Shown: in pieces, positions 1 through 9,173 of the stretch | Numbering within the stretch: position 1 is the stretch's first letter | Layout: every line of letters starts with the position of its first letter | Program-made: the position numbers and the translations under genes | Assembly (NCBI RefSeq): GCF_001457615.1 | Contig: NZ_LN831024.1 | Location: 6,270,001-6,302,000 of the forward strand | DNA: 32,000 nt | Direction of reading: 5' to 3' | DNA from: Pseudomonas aeruginosa | GTDB taxonomy: Bacteria; Pseudomonadota; Gammaproteobacteria; Pseudomonadales; Pseudomonadaceae | Notes under the pieces: generated by a model | Told to the model about the DNA's origin: nothing | Seen by the model: the letters and a program-made list of their open reading frames with translations, nothing else | Database searches by the model: none

Positions 1-177
1 TCGAGCACCGCCGAAGAACGCCAGGCCGCCCTGGCCAGCCCCAGCGGACGTGCCGGCCGGCCCGAAGAGGTGGCCGCCGCGGTGGCCTTCCTCGCCTCGC
101 CCGAAGCCAGCTTCGTCAACGGCGAACTGCTGGTGGTGGATGGCGGCAACTGCCTGATCGAAAACAAACGGAGCTGA
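1..177 (+). CDS. C-terminal fragment of a short-chain dehydrogenase/reductase (truncated by window start)
   Basis: Frame 1 reads ...[43 protein letters not shown], the typical SDR C-terminal GRPEEVA...[20 protein letters not shown] pattern; stop TGA 175-177. Confidence 0.88.
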   Translation, partial: SSTAEERQAALASPSGRAGRPEEVAAAVAFLASPEASFVNGELLVVDGGNCLIENKRS

Positions 178-241
178 ACATGCGCAACTGCAGCCTGACG
201 CTTTCCCAGCTTCCGGCGCCACCGGCGACCCGGAGCTGACC

Positions 242-922
242 ATGGCCGAGAATCTCCAGGAACGACTCTACCAACGACTGCGGGAAGACTTGCTGGCCGG
301 ACGTTTCCAGCCCGGCGAGCGACTGAAGATCCGCGACCTGGCGAACCAGTGGGGCACCAGCCCGATGCCGGTTCGCGCCGCCCTGCAACGGCTGGTGGCG
401 GAAGGGGCGCTGGAGGGCGAGGCACAACGCTCGCTCAGGGTGCCGCTAATGACCCGCGAGCGTTTCCTGCAGATCCTCCAGGTGCGCCTGTCCCTCGAAG
501 GGCTGGCGGCCGAAAGCGCCAGCGGCCGGCTGGACGAGCAGGCACTGGAAGGACTCGAAGGTTGTCTGCGGCGAATGGAGGACGCCTTGCGCCGACGCGA
601 GGTACAGGCCTACCTGGAAGCCAATAGCGAATTCCACCTGACGCTCTACCGCGCCTGCGGCAACCCGGTGCTGCTGCGTCTCATCGAGACGCTCTGGCTA
701 CAGGTCGGGCCGTTCTTCAACCGGCTGTTCACCGAGGCCGACCTCTCCCTACGTCTGAACGATTTCCACGAGGACGCCCTGGACGCGCTACGCCGCGGCG
801 ACGGCCCGGCCGCGCGCGCGGCGATCGAACAGGACCTGGCCTACTTCGGTCAGTACCTGCTGAACCTCCTGGAGCTGGAGGCCCGGCCACGAAAGCGACA
901 CCGTTCCGGCGAGCACGCCTGA
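242..922 (+). CDS. GntR-family (FadR/FCD subfamily) transcriptional regulator
   Basis: 226 aa; N-terminal wHTH LYQRLREDLLAGRFQPGERLKIRDLANQWGTSPMPVRAALQRLVAEGAL followed by an all-helical FCD-like domain. Confidence 0.9.
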   Translation: MAENLQERLYQRLREDLLAGRFQPGERLKIRDLANQWGTSPMPVRAALQRLVAEGALEGEAQRSLRVPLMTRERFLQILQVRLSLEGLAAESASGRLDEQALEGLEGCLRRMEDALRRREVQAYLEANSEFHLTLYRACGNPVLLRLIETLWLQVGPFFNRLFTEADLSLRLNDFHEDALDALRRGDGPAARAAIEQDLAYFGQYLLNLLELEARPRKRHRSGEHA

Positions 923-938
923 CGGGAGATAAGCGCCG

Positions 939-1151
939 CTACTGCGGGCGAATGGTGCGCACATTGTCCTTCTTGATCAGGATGGTGTCGCCATTCAGCT
1001 GTTCGAACTCGTAGTAGTCATTGTATTTGTCGTAATCCGACTGATCCTTGACCAGGACCTCGCTGCCATCTTGCAAAGTGACCACCGCCTGGTTGGCGCA
1101 ACCCGCCAGGCTGGTCAGCAGCAATGCAGCGAACAGAGCTTTGAACTTCAT
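939..1151 (-). CDS. YgdI/YgdR (DUF903)-like small lipoprotein
   Basis: 70 aa with lipobox LAGC and TLQDGSEVLVKDQ...YYEFEQLNGDTILIKKDNVRTI. Confidence 0.85.
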   Translation of the reverse strand: MKFKALFAALLLTSLAGCANQAVVTLQDGSEVLVKDQSDYDKYNDYYEFEQLNGDTILIKKDNVRTIRPQ

Positions 1152-1368
1152 AGAATCTCCACACGGGGCAGCGCACTTGCCTACATCCGGAGCGACAAGT
1201 GCGGAATTGCCCTTGTGACCGTCGCAATCGAGGGAAATTCCTTAGCGCAGCGGCGCTTTGTCGGAGACGAAGCGCCGACGGCGCCGCGCAGGGCCTCCAG
1301 GCAGCCTCGCGCGACGTCGGGAAGTCAGCGGCAAAGGCGCGTTGCAGAGCCTTTGCGGCGGTTCAGGC

Positions 1369-1770
1369 TCAGCTCTCCAGCCAGACGTCGCGAGCCCAGA
1401 CCCACACCGAATCCCAGCTTTCATCGGTGAGGTCGCCATCGGCCCAGAGCACCACCTCGCCGTCCTCCGCCACGCAGTAGTAGCTGCCGTCGTCCTCGCA
1501 AAGCGGGATCAGCTCGCGCGGAACGCCCAGGTCCCAGGCAGTGGCCGCCACTTCGGGCAGATAGGTGTGCGAGTGCGGATCGGTCACGGTCACCGGCTCC
1601 AGGCGGCCGTAGACCACATCGCTGACCAGCAGGAGGAATTCGCGGAACTCGGCGGGAATGCCGATCAGCAGCTCTTCCTCGATTTCCACCAGCAGTTCTT
1701 CTTCCGGCAGTTCCAGGGGCACCGGAACCGGTTCGTTGAGTTCACGCAGTTTTTCGATGACGTCTTCCAC
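1369..1770 (-). CDS. SMI1/KNR4 (SUKH)-like protein
   Basis: 133 aa from a GTG start at 1770 (VEDVIEKLRELNEPVPVPLELPEEELLVEIEEELLIGIPAEFREFLLLVSD...); the longer track ORF to 2082 runs into the neighbouring gene. Confidence 0.7.
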   Translation of the reverse strand: MEDVIEKLRELNEPVPVPLELPEEELLVEIEEELLIGIPAEFREFLLLVSDVVYGRLEPVTVTDPHSHTYLPEVAATAWDLGVPRELIPLCEDDGSYYCVAEDGEVVLWADGDLTDESWDSVWVWARDVWLES

Positions 1771-1966
1771 GACAGGCTCTCTCGCAACGGGTGGCGCGCT
1801 TTTTATACAGTAGCCGCACCGAGCGCAAGACAAGTGTCGCGGCTGGCCTTCGGCCATGGCGCCGGACGAATGGTCGGTCAACCCGCCAACGGAGATGAAA
1901 AAACCCCCGTTCCCTGGCGGAAGCGGGGGGTTCGGCGGCCCCCGAAGGGACCGCAACCACTCGGGA

Positions 1967-2821
1967 TCAGTTCTGCCGGATACCGGCCACCAGCCATGGC
2001 TGGTTCTCGCCCTGGGCGCGCTCCATCCGCCAGCTTTCGCTGAAGGCTTCGCCCTGGTCGAAGCGCGAGGTCTTCGACACACCGCTGAAGGTCAGGGTGG
2101 CGATGGTCTTGTCGGCCTGGTCGTCGACGCCGTCCAGTTGCACGACCAGGTTGTCGATGTAGGTGGACTGGTAGGCGTCGCCGATCTCGGCGCGCTCCTG
2201 CTTCAGCCATTGCAACATCTGCGGGGTGACGAACTCGGCGATCTTGTCCATCTCGTTGGCATCCCAATGCTGCTGCAGGGACATGAAGTGTTCGCGAGCG
2301 GCACCGACGAAGCGCTCCTCGTTGAACCAGCTCGGCGCGTTGATCACCGGGCTCGGCGCAGCGGCAGCAGCGGCGGCGCCACCGAAGATCGGCGCCTGGG
2401 CCGGCATTTCGCGCTGCATCGGCGCGTGCCCGGCCATCGCAGGCTGGCCCTGGTTCTGCTGGCGCCGGCGAGCGGCGATGAAGCGGAAGGCAATGAAGGC
2501 CACCAGGGCGATCAACAGGATGTCGAGCATCTGGATGCCCTCGAAGCCGTCGCCCATGAACATGGAAGCGAGCAGGCCGCCCGCGGCGATACCGGCCAGC
2601 GGGCCGAGCCAGCGCGAAGCACCGCTGGCGGCAGCGGCGGGACGAGCGGCGTTGGGGGCGGCAGCAGTGGCGTTCGGCGCAGTGGCCGGCTGCGCCTGGC
2701 GGGTCTGGTGGCTGGGTGCCGAGCCGAGGCTCTTGCCGCCGCCGAAGCGCTTGGCATTGGCATCCAGGCTGACGGTCAGCGCCAGGCAGAAGGCGAGGGC
2801 GATGCTGAGAACACGCTGCAT
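1967..2821 (-). CDS. Tim44-like domain membrane protein
   Basis: Start ATG 2821: signal/TM MQRVLSIALAFCLALTVSLDANAKRFGGGKSLG, TM GMQMLDILLIALVAFIAFRFI-like segment, then C-terminal Tim44-like domain (FVGAAREHFMSLQQHWDANEMDKIAEFVTPQM...). Confidence 0.85.
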   Translation of the reverse strand: MQRVLSIALAFCLALTVSLDANAKRFGGGKSLGSAPSHQTRQAQPATAPNATAAAPNAARPAAAASGASRWLGPLAGIAAGGLLASMFMGDGFEGIQMLDILLIALVAFIAFRFIAARRRQQNQGQPAMAGHAPMQREMPAQAPIFGGAAAAAAAPSPVINAPSWFNEERFVGAAREHFMSLQQHWDANEMDKIAEFVTPQMLQWLKQERAEIGDAYQSTYIDNLVVQLDGVDDQADKTIATLTFSGVSKTSRFDQGEAFSESWRMERAQGENQPWLVAGIRQN

Positions 2822-3182
2822 TGTAGTCTTTCTCTCTTGGGGGAATCGACGCGCGCCATGTTGCGGCGGTACGGGCGACAGGACCAGCCGGATTTTGTTT
2901 CGGGCTATTGCTCCCCGGCCGCCGTTTTTTCGCCCGCCGCGTCTGGCTCGCGGGTCGGCGCCAGGGTACACCTTCGTTGCCGGGGACGACAGGCATGCAC
3001 GCGGATCGGCGCGCGAAGATCCGCCCGGCGACCCGGGAAGCACAACGCAGAGCCTCGCCGAAACGTCTGTTACAGTTTTTTTCAGCCCACCGATCAAGCA
3101 CTTGCGGATGCTAGTCTGCGGGTCTGCGAGGCCGCCCGGTCGCCGCGTCTGCCGACCCATTCCCCGAGCGAGGACCGCCGCC

Positions 3183-4940
3183 ATGCATGCCGTCGATTTC
3201 ATCCAGGACCTCGCCGTGATCATGCTGGTGGCGGGTGTGGTCACTATCCTCTTCCACCGCCTGCGCCAACCGGTGGTCCTCGGCTACATCGTCGCCGGCT
3301 TCATCATCGGCCCGCACACCCCGCCCTTCGGACTGATCCACGACGAAGACACGATCAAGACCCTGGCCGAACTCGGGGTGATCTTCCTGATGTTCTGCCT
3401 CGGCCTGGAGTTCAGCCTGCGCAAGCTCTTCCAGGTCGGCGCCACGGCGTTCATCGCGGCGTTCCTGGAAATCGTCCTGATGATCTGGATCGGCTTCGAG
3501 ATCGGTCGCTTCTTCGAGTGGAGCACCATGGACTCGCTGTTCCTCGGCGCGATCCTGGCGATCTCCTCCACCACCATCATCGTCAAGGCGCTCGGCGACC
3601 TGAAGATGAAGAACGAGCGCTTCGCCCAACTGATCTTCGGCGTGCTGATCGTCGAGGACATCCTCGGCATCGGCATCATCGCCCTGCTGTCGGGAATCGC
3701 CGTGAGCGGTTCGGTGGAAACCGGCGAGGTGTTCTCCACGGTCGGCAAGCTCAGCCTGTTCATGATCGTCGCGCTGGTCGTCGGCATCCTCCTGGTGCCA
3801 CGCCTGCTGGCCTACGTGGCGAAGTTCGAGAGCAACGAGATGCTGCTGGTCACCGTGCTCGGCCTGTGCTTCGGCTTCTGCCTGCTGGTGGTGAAGCTGG
3901 AATACAGCATGGTGCTCGGCGCCTTCCTGATCGGCGCGATCATGGCCGAGTCGCGCCAGTTGGTGCAGATCGAACGATTGATCGAGCCGGTCCGTGACAT
4001 GTTCAGTGCGATCTTCTTCGTCGCCATCGGCCTGCTGATCGACCCGAAGATCCTCGTCGAGTACGCCTGGCCGATCGCCCTGATCACCGTCGCGGTGGTG
4101 CTCGGCAAGATGTTCTCCTGCGGCATGGGTGCGTTCATCGCCGGCAACGACGGACGCACTTCGCTGCGGGTCGGCATGGGCCTGTCGCAGATCGGCGAGT
4201 TCTCCTTCATCATCGCCGCCCTGGGCATGACTCTGAAAGTCACCAGCGACTTCCTCTACCCGGTGGCGGTAGCGGTCTCGGCCATCACCACCCTGCTCAC
4301 CCCGTACCTGATCCGCGCCGCCGACCCGCTCTCGCAGCACCTGGCCAACGCCATGCCGCAGCGCATGGCGAGGATCTTCGGCCACTACGGCGACTGGCTG
4401 CGCAGCATCCAGCCGCAGGGCGACCGTGCGGTGCTGGCGGCGATGATCCGGCGCATCTTGCTGCAGGTCGGGGTGAACCTGGCGCTGGTGATCGCGATCT
4501 TCCTCGCCGGCGGTTATTTCGCCGATACGCTTTCCGCCTGGATGAGCCAGTGGGTCGCCTACGACGGGCTACACAAGGCATTGATCTGGGGCGGCGCGCT
4601 GCTGGTCTCGCTGGCCTTCCTGATCGCCGCGTACCGCAAGCTCAAGGCCCTGTCGATGCTGCTGGCCGAACTCGGGGTCAAGCCGGAGAAAGCCGGACGC
4701 CATACGGCGCGGGTACGTCGGGTGATCTCCGAGATCATCCCGCTGCTGTCGCTGGCCGGCATGATGGTGCTGCTGGCGGCGCTCAGCTCGAGCATCCTGC
4801 CGCCGGGCGAGTTGCTGGTCGTAGTGGTGCTGGTCGCCGGCCTGGTGATCGCAGTGCTCTGGCGCTGGCTGATCCGCGTGCATTCGCGGATGCAGATCGC
4901 GCTGATGGAAACCCTCGACCAGGAAAAGGGCAGCCACTGA
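3183..4940 (+). CDS. CPA2-family monovalent cation:proton antiporter (KefB-like membrane domain)
   Basis: Start ATG 3183; many TM segments, RLRQPVVLGYIVAGFIIGPHTPPF, SMVLGAFLIGAIMAES, AIFFVAIGLLIDP motifs. Confidence 0.88.
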   Translation: MHAVDFIQDLAVIMLVAGVVTILFHRLRQPVVLGYIVAGFIIGPHTPPFGLIHDEDTIKTLAELGVIFLMFCLGLEFSLRKLFQVGATAFIAAFLEIVLMIWIGFEIGRFFEWSTMDSLFLGAILAISSTTIIVKALGDLKMKNERFAQLIFGVLIVEDILGIGIIALLSGIAVSGSVETGEVFSTVGKLSLFMIVALVVGILLVPRLLAYVAKFESNEMLLVTVLGLCFGFCLLVVKLEYSMVLGAFLIGAIMAESRQLVQIERLIEPVRDMFSAIFFVAIGLLIDPKILVEYAWPIALITVAVVLGKMFSCGMGAFIAGNDGRTSLRVGMGLSQIGEFSFIIAALGMTLKVTSDFLYPVAVAVSAITTLLTPYLIRAADPLSQHLANAMPQRMARIFGHYGDWLRSIQPQGDRAVLAAMIRRILLQVGVNLALVIAIFLAGGYFADTLSAWMSQWVAYDGLHKALIWGGALLVSLAFLIAAYRKLKALSMLLAELGVKPEKAGRHTARVRRVISEIIPLLSLAGMMVLLAALSSSILPPGELLVVVVLVAGLVIAVLWRWLIRVHSRMQIALMETLDQEKGSH

Positions 4941-4971
4941 GAGCCAAGCGATCCCGGCCTGCCGTCGAATC

Positions 4972-5000
4972 GGCGGATAACCACGCTGCGGTTATTCGCC
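4972..5000. repeat. REP-like imperfect palindrome, copy 1
   Basis: ggcggataaccacgctgcggttattcgcc in the intergenic region after the antiporter; shares arms with 6766-6793. Confidence 0.6.
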
Positions 5001-5147
5001 CTCGCCTGCATCTGGTGTCGCTATCGGACCCTTTGCCCTGAAGGATCGGCGGATTTCCGCTTATCCACTCTCCCGGTCGGCGGACTCCCGCTCGGCCAAG
5101 ACCACCCCGCTCCTCTTCCAACCCAGTCCCCACGCGGCTTTCCCGCG

Positions 5148-5164
5148 TTGGCACGGCACCTGCT
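5148..5164 (+). promoter_or_regulatory. Predicted sigma54 (RpoN) -24/-12 promoter for the dicarboxylate transporter
   Basis: TTGGCACGGCACCTGCT versus consensus YTGGCACGRNNNTTGCW: one mismatch, GG-to-GC spacing 12; about 90 nt upstream of ATG 5256. Confidence 0.75.
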
Positions 5165-5255
5165 ATCGAGCCATCCAATACGTCGCCCTCGCGATGTGCC
5201 GGTGTGCTGCGCCCTGATCAGCACATCCAAGACAACAACGAAAAGAGGAAACACG

Positions 5256-6563
5256 ATGGAAAGCGCCAACGCCATTTCCGCGTCTGCCCAGCCCCGCACC
5301 ACTTCGCAACGCATCAAGTCGATCTTCAGCGGTTCCGTCGGCAACCTGGTCGAGTGGTACGACTGGTACGTCTACGCCGCCTTCTCGCTGTACTTCGCAA
5401 AGGCATTCTTCCCCCAGGGCGACATGACCGCCCAACTGCTGAACACCGCAGCTATCTTCGCTGTGGGCTTCCTGATGCGCCCGATCGGTGGCTGGCTGAT
5501 GGGTATCTATGCCGACCGCAAGGGCCGCAAGGCGGCGTTGCTGGCCTCGGTGCTGCTGATGTGCTTTGGCTCGCTGATCATCGCCCTGACCCCCAGCTAT
5601 GAAACCATCGGCGTCGCCGCGCCGATCCTGCTGGTGGTCGCGCGCCTGCTCCAGGGCCTGTCGGTCGGCGGCGAATACGGCACCTCCGCCACCTACCTGA
5701 GCGAGATGGCGAACAAGGAACAGCGCGGGTTCTTCTCCAGCTTCCAGTACGTGACCCTGATTTCCGGCCAGCTCATCGCCCTGGCGGTGCTGATCGTCCT
5801 GCAACAGACCCTGACCGTAGAACAACTGGAAAGCTGGGGCTGGCGCGTCCCCTTCTTCATCGGCGCGCTGTGTGCAGTGGTGGCGATGTTCCTGCGTCGC
5901 GGCATGGAAGAGACCGAGTCCTTCTCGAAGAAGAAGGAAGAGCCGAAGGAAAGCCTGCTGCGCACCCTGCTGCGCCACCCGAAGGAAGTGCTGACCGTGG
6001 TCGGCCTGACCATGGGCGGCACCCTGGCCTTCTACACCTACACCACCTACATGCAGAAGTACCTGGTGAACACGGTAGGCATGAGCAAGACCGATTCGAC
6101 CATGATCTCGGCTGCCACCCTGTTCCTCTTCATGCTGCTGCAGCCCATCGTCGGCGCCCTCTCCGACAAGATCGGCCGGCGGCCGATCCTGATCGCCTTC
6201 GGCGTACTCGGCACCGTCTTCACCTACCCGATCCTCAGCACCCTGCACAGCGTCGACAGCTGGTGGGGAGCGTTCTTCCTGATCATGGCGGCGCTGGTGA
6301 TCGTCAGCGGCTACACCTCGATCAATGCGGTGGTGAAGGCCGAACTGTTCCCCACCGAGATCCGCGCCCTGGGCGTCGGCCTGCCGTATGCCCTGACCGT
6401 GTCGATCTTCGGCGGCACCGCCGAATACGTTGCCTTGTGGTTCAAGAGCGTCGGCCTGGAGAGCGGCTTCTACTGGTACGTCACCGCCTGTATCGCCTGC
6501 TCGCTGCTGGTCTATGTGTTCATGAAGGACACCCAGAAGCACTCGAAGATCACGACCGATTGA
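5256..6563 (+). CDS. kgtP: MFS alpha-ketoglutarate/C5-dicarboxylate:H+ symporter (KgtP-like)
   Basis: Start ATG 5256 (track ORF extends upstream); SGSVGNLVEWYDWYVYAAFSLYFAKAFFPQGD...GFLMRPIGGWLMGIYADRKGRKAAL is characteristic of KgtP/ProP-type MFS. Confidence 0.85.
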   Translation: MESANAISASAQPRTTSQRIKSIFSGSVGNLVEWYDWYVYAAFSLYFAKAFFPQGDMTAQLLNTAAIFAVGFLMRPIGGWLMGIYADRKGRKAALLASVLLMCFGSLIIALTPSYETIGVAAPILLVVARLLQGLSVGGEYGTSATYLSEMANKEQRGFFSSFQYVTLISGQLIALAVLIVLQQTLTVEQLESWGWRVPFFIGALCAVVAMFLRRGMEETESFSKKKEEPKESLLRTLLRHPKEVLTVVGLTMGGTLAFYTYTTYMQKYLVNTVGMSKTDSTMISAATLFLFMLLQPIVGALSDKIGRRPILIAFGVLGTVFTYPILSTLHSVDSWWGAFFLIMAALVIVSGYTSINAVVKAELFPTEIRALGVGLPYALTVSIFGGTAEYVALWFKSVGLESGFYWYVTACIACSLLVYVFMKDTQKHSKITTD

Positions 6564-6580
6564 TTGAGCCTCGTGCTCAT

Positions 6581-6607
6581 GGCCCCGACACACTCCGGGC
6601 CTTTTTA
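6581..6607 (+). terminator. Rho-independent terminator of the KgtP-like gene
   Basis: ggccc...gggcc hairpin followed by ttttt, 18 nt after the stop codon. Confidence 0.65.
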
Positions 6608-6613
6608 TCCACA
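6605..6613 (+). other. Exact DnaA-box 9-mer TTATCCACA
   Basis: ttatccaca read directly. Confidence 0.6.
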
Positions 6614-6765
6614 GGACGGCGACCTTCGGGTCGCCGTCCTGCTTTTTGGCGCGGCAACCGATTCCCCCACACCCGCCGACTGTTGGTCTACGGCACGGCA
6701 TCCCGACCGGAGCCCTAGGGCGCGCAACGCCGGCGGCGTAATCATCCGGTGTCCCTGCGTTCCAC

Positions 6766-6793
6766 GGCGGATAACCGCAAGCGGTTATTCGCC
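6766..6793. repeat. REP-like palindrome, copy 2
   Basis: ggcggataaccgc-aa-gcggttattcgcc, 13-bp arms with one mismatch; related to 4972-5000. Confidence 0.65.
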
Positions 6794-6928
6794 CTGCGGC
6801 TCGTCATTCCGGCGGGGCTGGAACCTTGGCGCGCAAACGCCGATCTCCTCGCGTTCCCACGGTGGAACAGCGCAAGGGGCCTGCCGTCCCCAGGCAGCGA
6901 AGCCCCGTCTGCGAGACCTACCGGGAAT

Positions 6929-6960
6929 AAAAAAACCGCGCTCGAAGGCGCGGCTCTTTT
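6929..6960 (-). terminator. Rho-independent terminator of tonB1
   Basis: Minus strand: aaaagagCCGCGCcttcgaGCGCGGttttttt, just past the tonB1 stop. Confidence 0.75.
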
Positions 6961-6978
6961 CGTTGTCAGAGAACCGCC

Positions 6979-8010
6979 TCAGCGGCGCTTCTCGATCTTG
7001 AAGAAAAACATCTTGGTCGCCTGGCGGGCGACGATCTTGCCACCACTGACACGCGGCTCGAAACGCCACTTGGCCATGGCCTGGCGCACTTCGCGGTCGA
7101 ACATGCGCGACGGCACCGACTCCAGCACCTGGATGTCGTCAATGCGGCCATCGCTGGTGATGGTGAACAGCACCTTCACCCGGCCTTCGATACCCCGGGC
7201 CTGGGCCATCCGGGGATAGACCGGAGGATCCATGCGCAACGGCTTGATGTCACTGTCGTTGAGGCTGCCGCTGGGCAGGCCGGCCGGACCTTGCGAGCCG
7301 CTGGGCGCGGTCTGCGCGCCGGGCGTGCTCTGCCCGACGGTAGGTGCGGGCGGCGGCGGGGCGGCGCTGGACGGGCTGGGCTGACTGGATGCCTCCGTGC
7401 TCGGCTCGGGTTCCGGCTTGGGTTTGGGTTCCGGCTTCGGCTTGGCCTTCGGAATGGCGTTTTCCACCGGTTTGGGCTTGGGTTTCGGCTTGGGCTTGGG
7501 TTTTTCCACCGGCTTCGGCTTCGGCGGCTCCGGCTTGGGTTCCTCGATCTTCGGCGGCGTCGGCTCCGGCGCGGCAGCCGGCGGCTGCGGGGTCGGCTCG
7601 GCCTTCTTCTCGAGCTGGACGAAATTCACCTGCATGGTCTTCGGCAGTTCGCCGTGGCCAAGGTTGAGTTCGGCCGGGGTCGGCATCACCCACACCAGCG
7701 CACCGATGATCGCCACATGCATCGCCACCGCCGCGCCGGAGGACAACCACCAGCGCGACTTGGGCGGCTCGCCGGGGACGTCTTCGGGATCGCTGCCATG
7801 GGCGTAGGGGATCAGCACTTCCTCGACCGCCACTTCCTCGTCGCGGCGCGCACCGGAGCAGTCCACCACGCGCAGGTTGGGTTCTCCGCGCTGGGCATTC
7901 ACGCATGGCAGGGACTCGCTTTCGTCTCCCTGGGCGGGAGCGGTGGGGTGGTCTTCGGCGAGCGCGGCCAGCGAAAAACGGTCAGGCGACCGTGAAGGCT
8001 GTGGCGACAT
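6979..8010 (-). CDS. tonB1: TonB energy transducer with extended N-terminus
   Basis: 343 aa; cytoplasmic N-extension, single TM (AAVAMHVAIIGALVWVMPTP), long Pro-Glu/Pro-Lys spacer (PVEKPKPKPKPKPKPVE...), C-terminal TonB domain (PPVYPRMAQARGIEGRVKVLFTITSDGRIDDIQVLES). Confidence 0.95.
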   Translation of the reverse strand: MSPQPSRSPDRFSLAALAEDHPTAPAQGDESESLPCVNAQRGEPNLRVVDCSGARRDEEVAVEEVLIPYAHGSDPEDVPGEPPKSRWWLSSGAAVAMHVAIIGALVWVMPTPAELNLGHGELPKTMQVNFVQLEKKAEPTPQPPAAAPEPTPPKIEEPKPEPPKPKPVEKPKPKPKPKPKPVENAIPKAKPKPEPKPKPEPEPSTEASSQPSPSSAAPPPPAPTVGQSTPGAQTAPSGSQGPAGLPSGSLNDSDIKPLRMDPPVYPRMAQARGIEGRVKVLFTITSDGRIDDIQVLESVPSRMFDREVRQAMAKWRFEPRVSGGKIVARQATKMFFFKIEKRR

Positions 8011-8055
8011 GAGGGCGACCTGCGGAGAAGTGAAAGGTAAGGAAGTAGAGTCTTC

Positions 8056-8074
8056 TGATAATTATTATCATTCA
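8056..8074 (-). promoter_or_regulatory. Fur box upstream of tonB1
   Basis: tgataattattatcattca; the reverse complement closely matches GATAATGATAATCATTATC. Lies 46 nt upstream of the tonB1 start. Confidence 0.8.
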
Positions 8075-8102
8075 GTCGCGTCCTCAGGGCAACCTTGGCG
8101 GA

Positions 8103-9071
8103 TCATTCCGCGACCATCCGACACGCCAGGAACGCCTCTTCGAGCGCCTCTTCATCCGCGCCTGCGGCGAGGATCAGTTCCAGCCGATTATCCCGCCGCC
8201 ACGAGGATTTGCCCCAGTTATCCACAAACGGCGCGGCATTCGCTGCATACCAACCGTCCGCGCAATGCAGCACCGCCTTGGCCCGCCGCAGTCCGGACAG
8301 ACGGTTCAGCCAGGCGTCCACTGCGGCCCGATCGAAACGCACCGACGGCGCCAGCCGCCAGCCGATGGCGAACTGGCCGTCCTGCTCGCGCACGGCGCGC
8401 AGCGGTCGCTCGGCGGGCAGCACCGTTCCCAACTGAGCAGGCGCCTCCGGCAGGGCCGCCCAGGTCGTCGCGCTACCTTCCCCGGCAACGCTGGTCGGCA
8501 GATCGCGCAATGCCAGGTGACCGCGCACGCTCCAGCGCAACGGCAGGACCGGCAGGCGCGCGCGCACAGCGCAGCGCTGCGTCGCGTCGAGCGTTTCGGA
8601 TTTGTTCAGCAGCAACATGCCGGCCGCTTCCAGCGCCTGTTCCTGTGCCTCCGGCAGCGGTTGGCCGGAGGCCAGCGCGGCGGCATCCAGCACCACTACC
8701 AGGGGTTGCAGGGCCAGGACGCCGGACCAGGGAGGAGCCTGCAGCTGTTTCCACAGCGCCAGCGGATGTCCCAACCCGGAGGGTTCGATGAACAGCCGGT
8801 CCGGCCGTGCCCGACGCAACAAGCGACCGAGCCCCACCTGGAACGGCACGCCATTGACGCAGCAGAGGCACCCGCCCGCCACCTCGCCGATGGCCACGCC
8901 GTCGACGTCCGTGGCCAGCAGCGCGGCATCCAGGCCGATCTCGCCGAACTCGTTGACCAGCACCGCCCAGCGCTCGCCCGCCGGCTTCTGCGCCAGCAGC
9001 GAGCGGATCAGGCTGGTCTTGCCGGCCCCCAGGGGGCCGCCGATCAGGTGTGTGGGTATCTCTCGAAGCAT
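8103..9071 (-). CDS. COG0523 (CobW/P47K) metal-chaperone-type GTPase
   Basis: 322 aa; Walker A GGPLGAGKTSLI, metal motif GGCLCC, VLVNEFGEIGLD. Confidence 0.88.
   Translation of the reverse strand: MLREIPTHLIGGPLGAGKTSLIRSLLAQKPAGERWAVLVNEFGEIGLDAALLATDVDGVAIGEVAGGCLCCVNGVPFQVGLGRLLRRARPDRLFIEPSGLGHPLALWKQLQAPPWSGVLALQPLVVVLDAAALASGQPLPEAQEQALEAAGMLLLNKSETLDATQRCAVRARLPVLPLRWSVRGHLALRDLPTSVAGEGSATTWAALPEAPAQLGTVLPAERPLRAVREQDGQFAIGWRLAPSVRFDRAAVDAWLNRLSGLRRAKAVLHCADGWYAANAAPFVDNWGKSSWRRDNRLELILAAGADEEALEEAFLACRMVAE
8218..8226 (+). other. Exact DnaA-box 9-mer TTATCCACA (inside COG0523 CDS)
   Basis: ttatccaca read directly. Confidence 0.55.
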
Positions 9072-9173
9072 CTGCGCAACCGGAATGTGAAAGCCTGTGG
9101 ATCAATGCGGTCCTTGCCTGCGGGGAGCCAGGCCCCGTGCTAGAGTCGCGCCCGTCTGCAATGGAGTCCTCGC

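Noticed and set aside
1856-3997. 713-aa + strand open frame
   Set aside because: Crosses the Tim44-like gene antisense and then the antiporter out of frame; no recognisable domain.
3111-4385. 424-aa antisense open frame opposite the CPA2 antiporter
   Set aside because: Asp/His/Gln-rich shadow ORF; the coding signal is clearly on the + strand.
7250-7620. Proline/lysine/glutamate repeat tract
   Set aside because: This is the periplasmic spacer of TonB, not a CRISPR or a mobile repeat.
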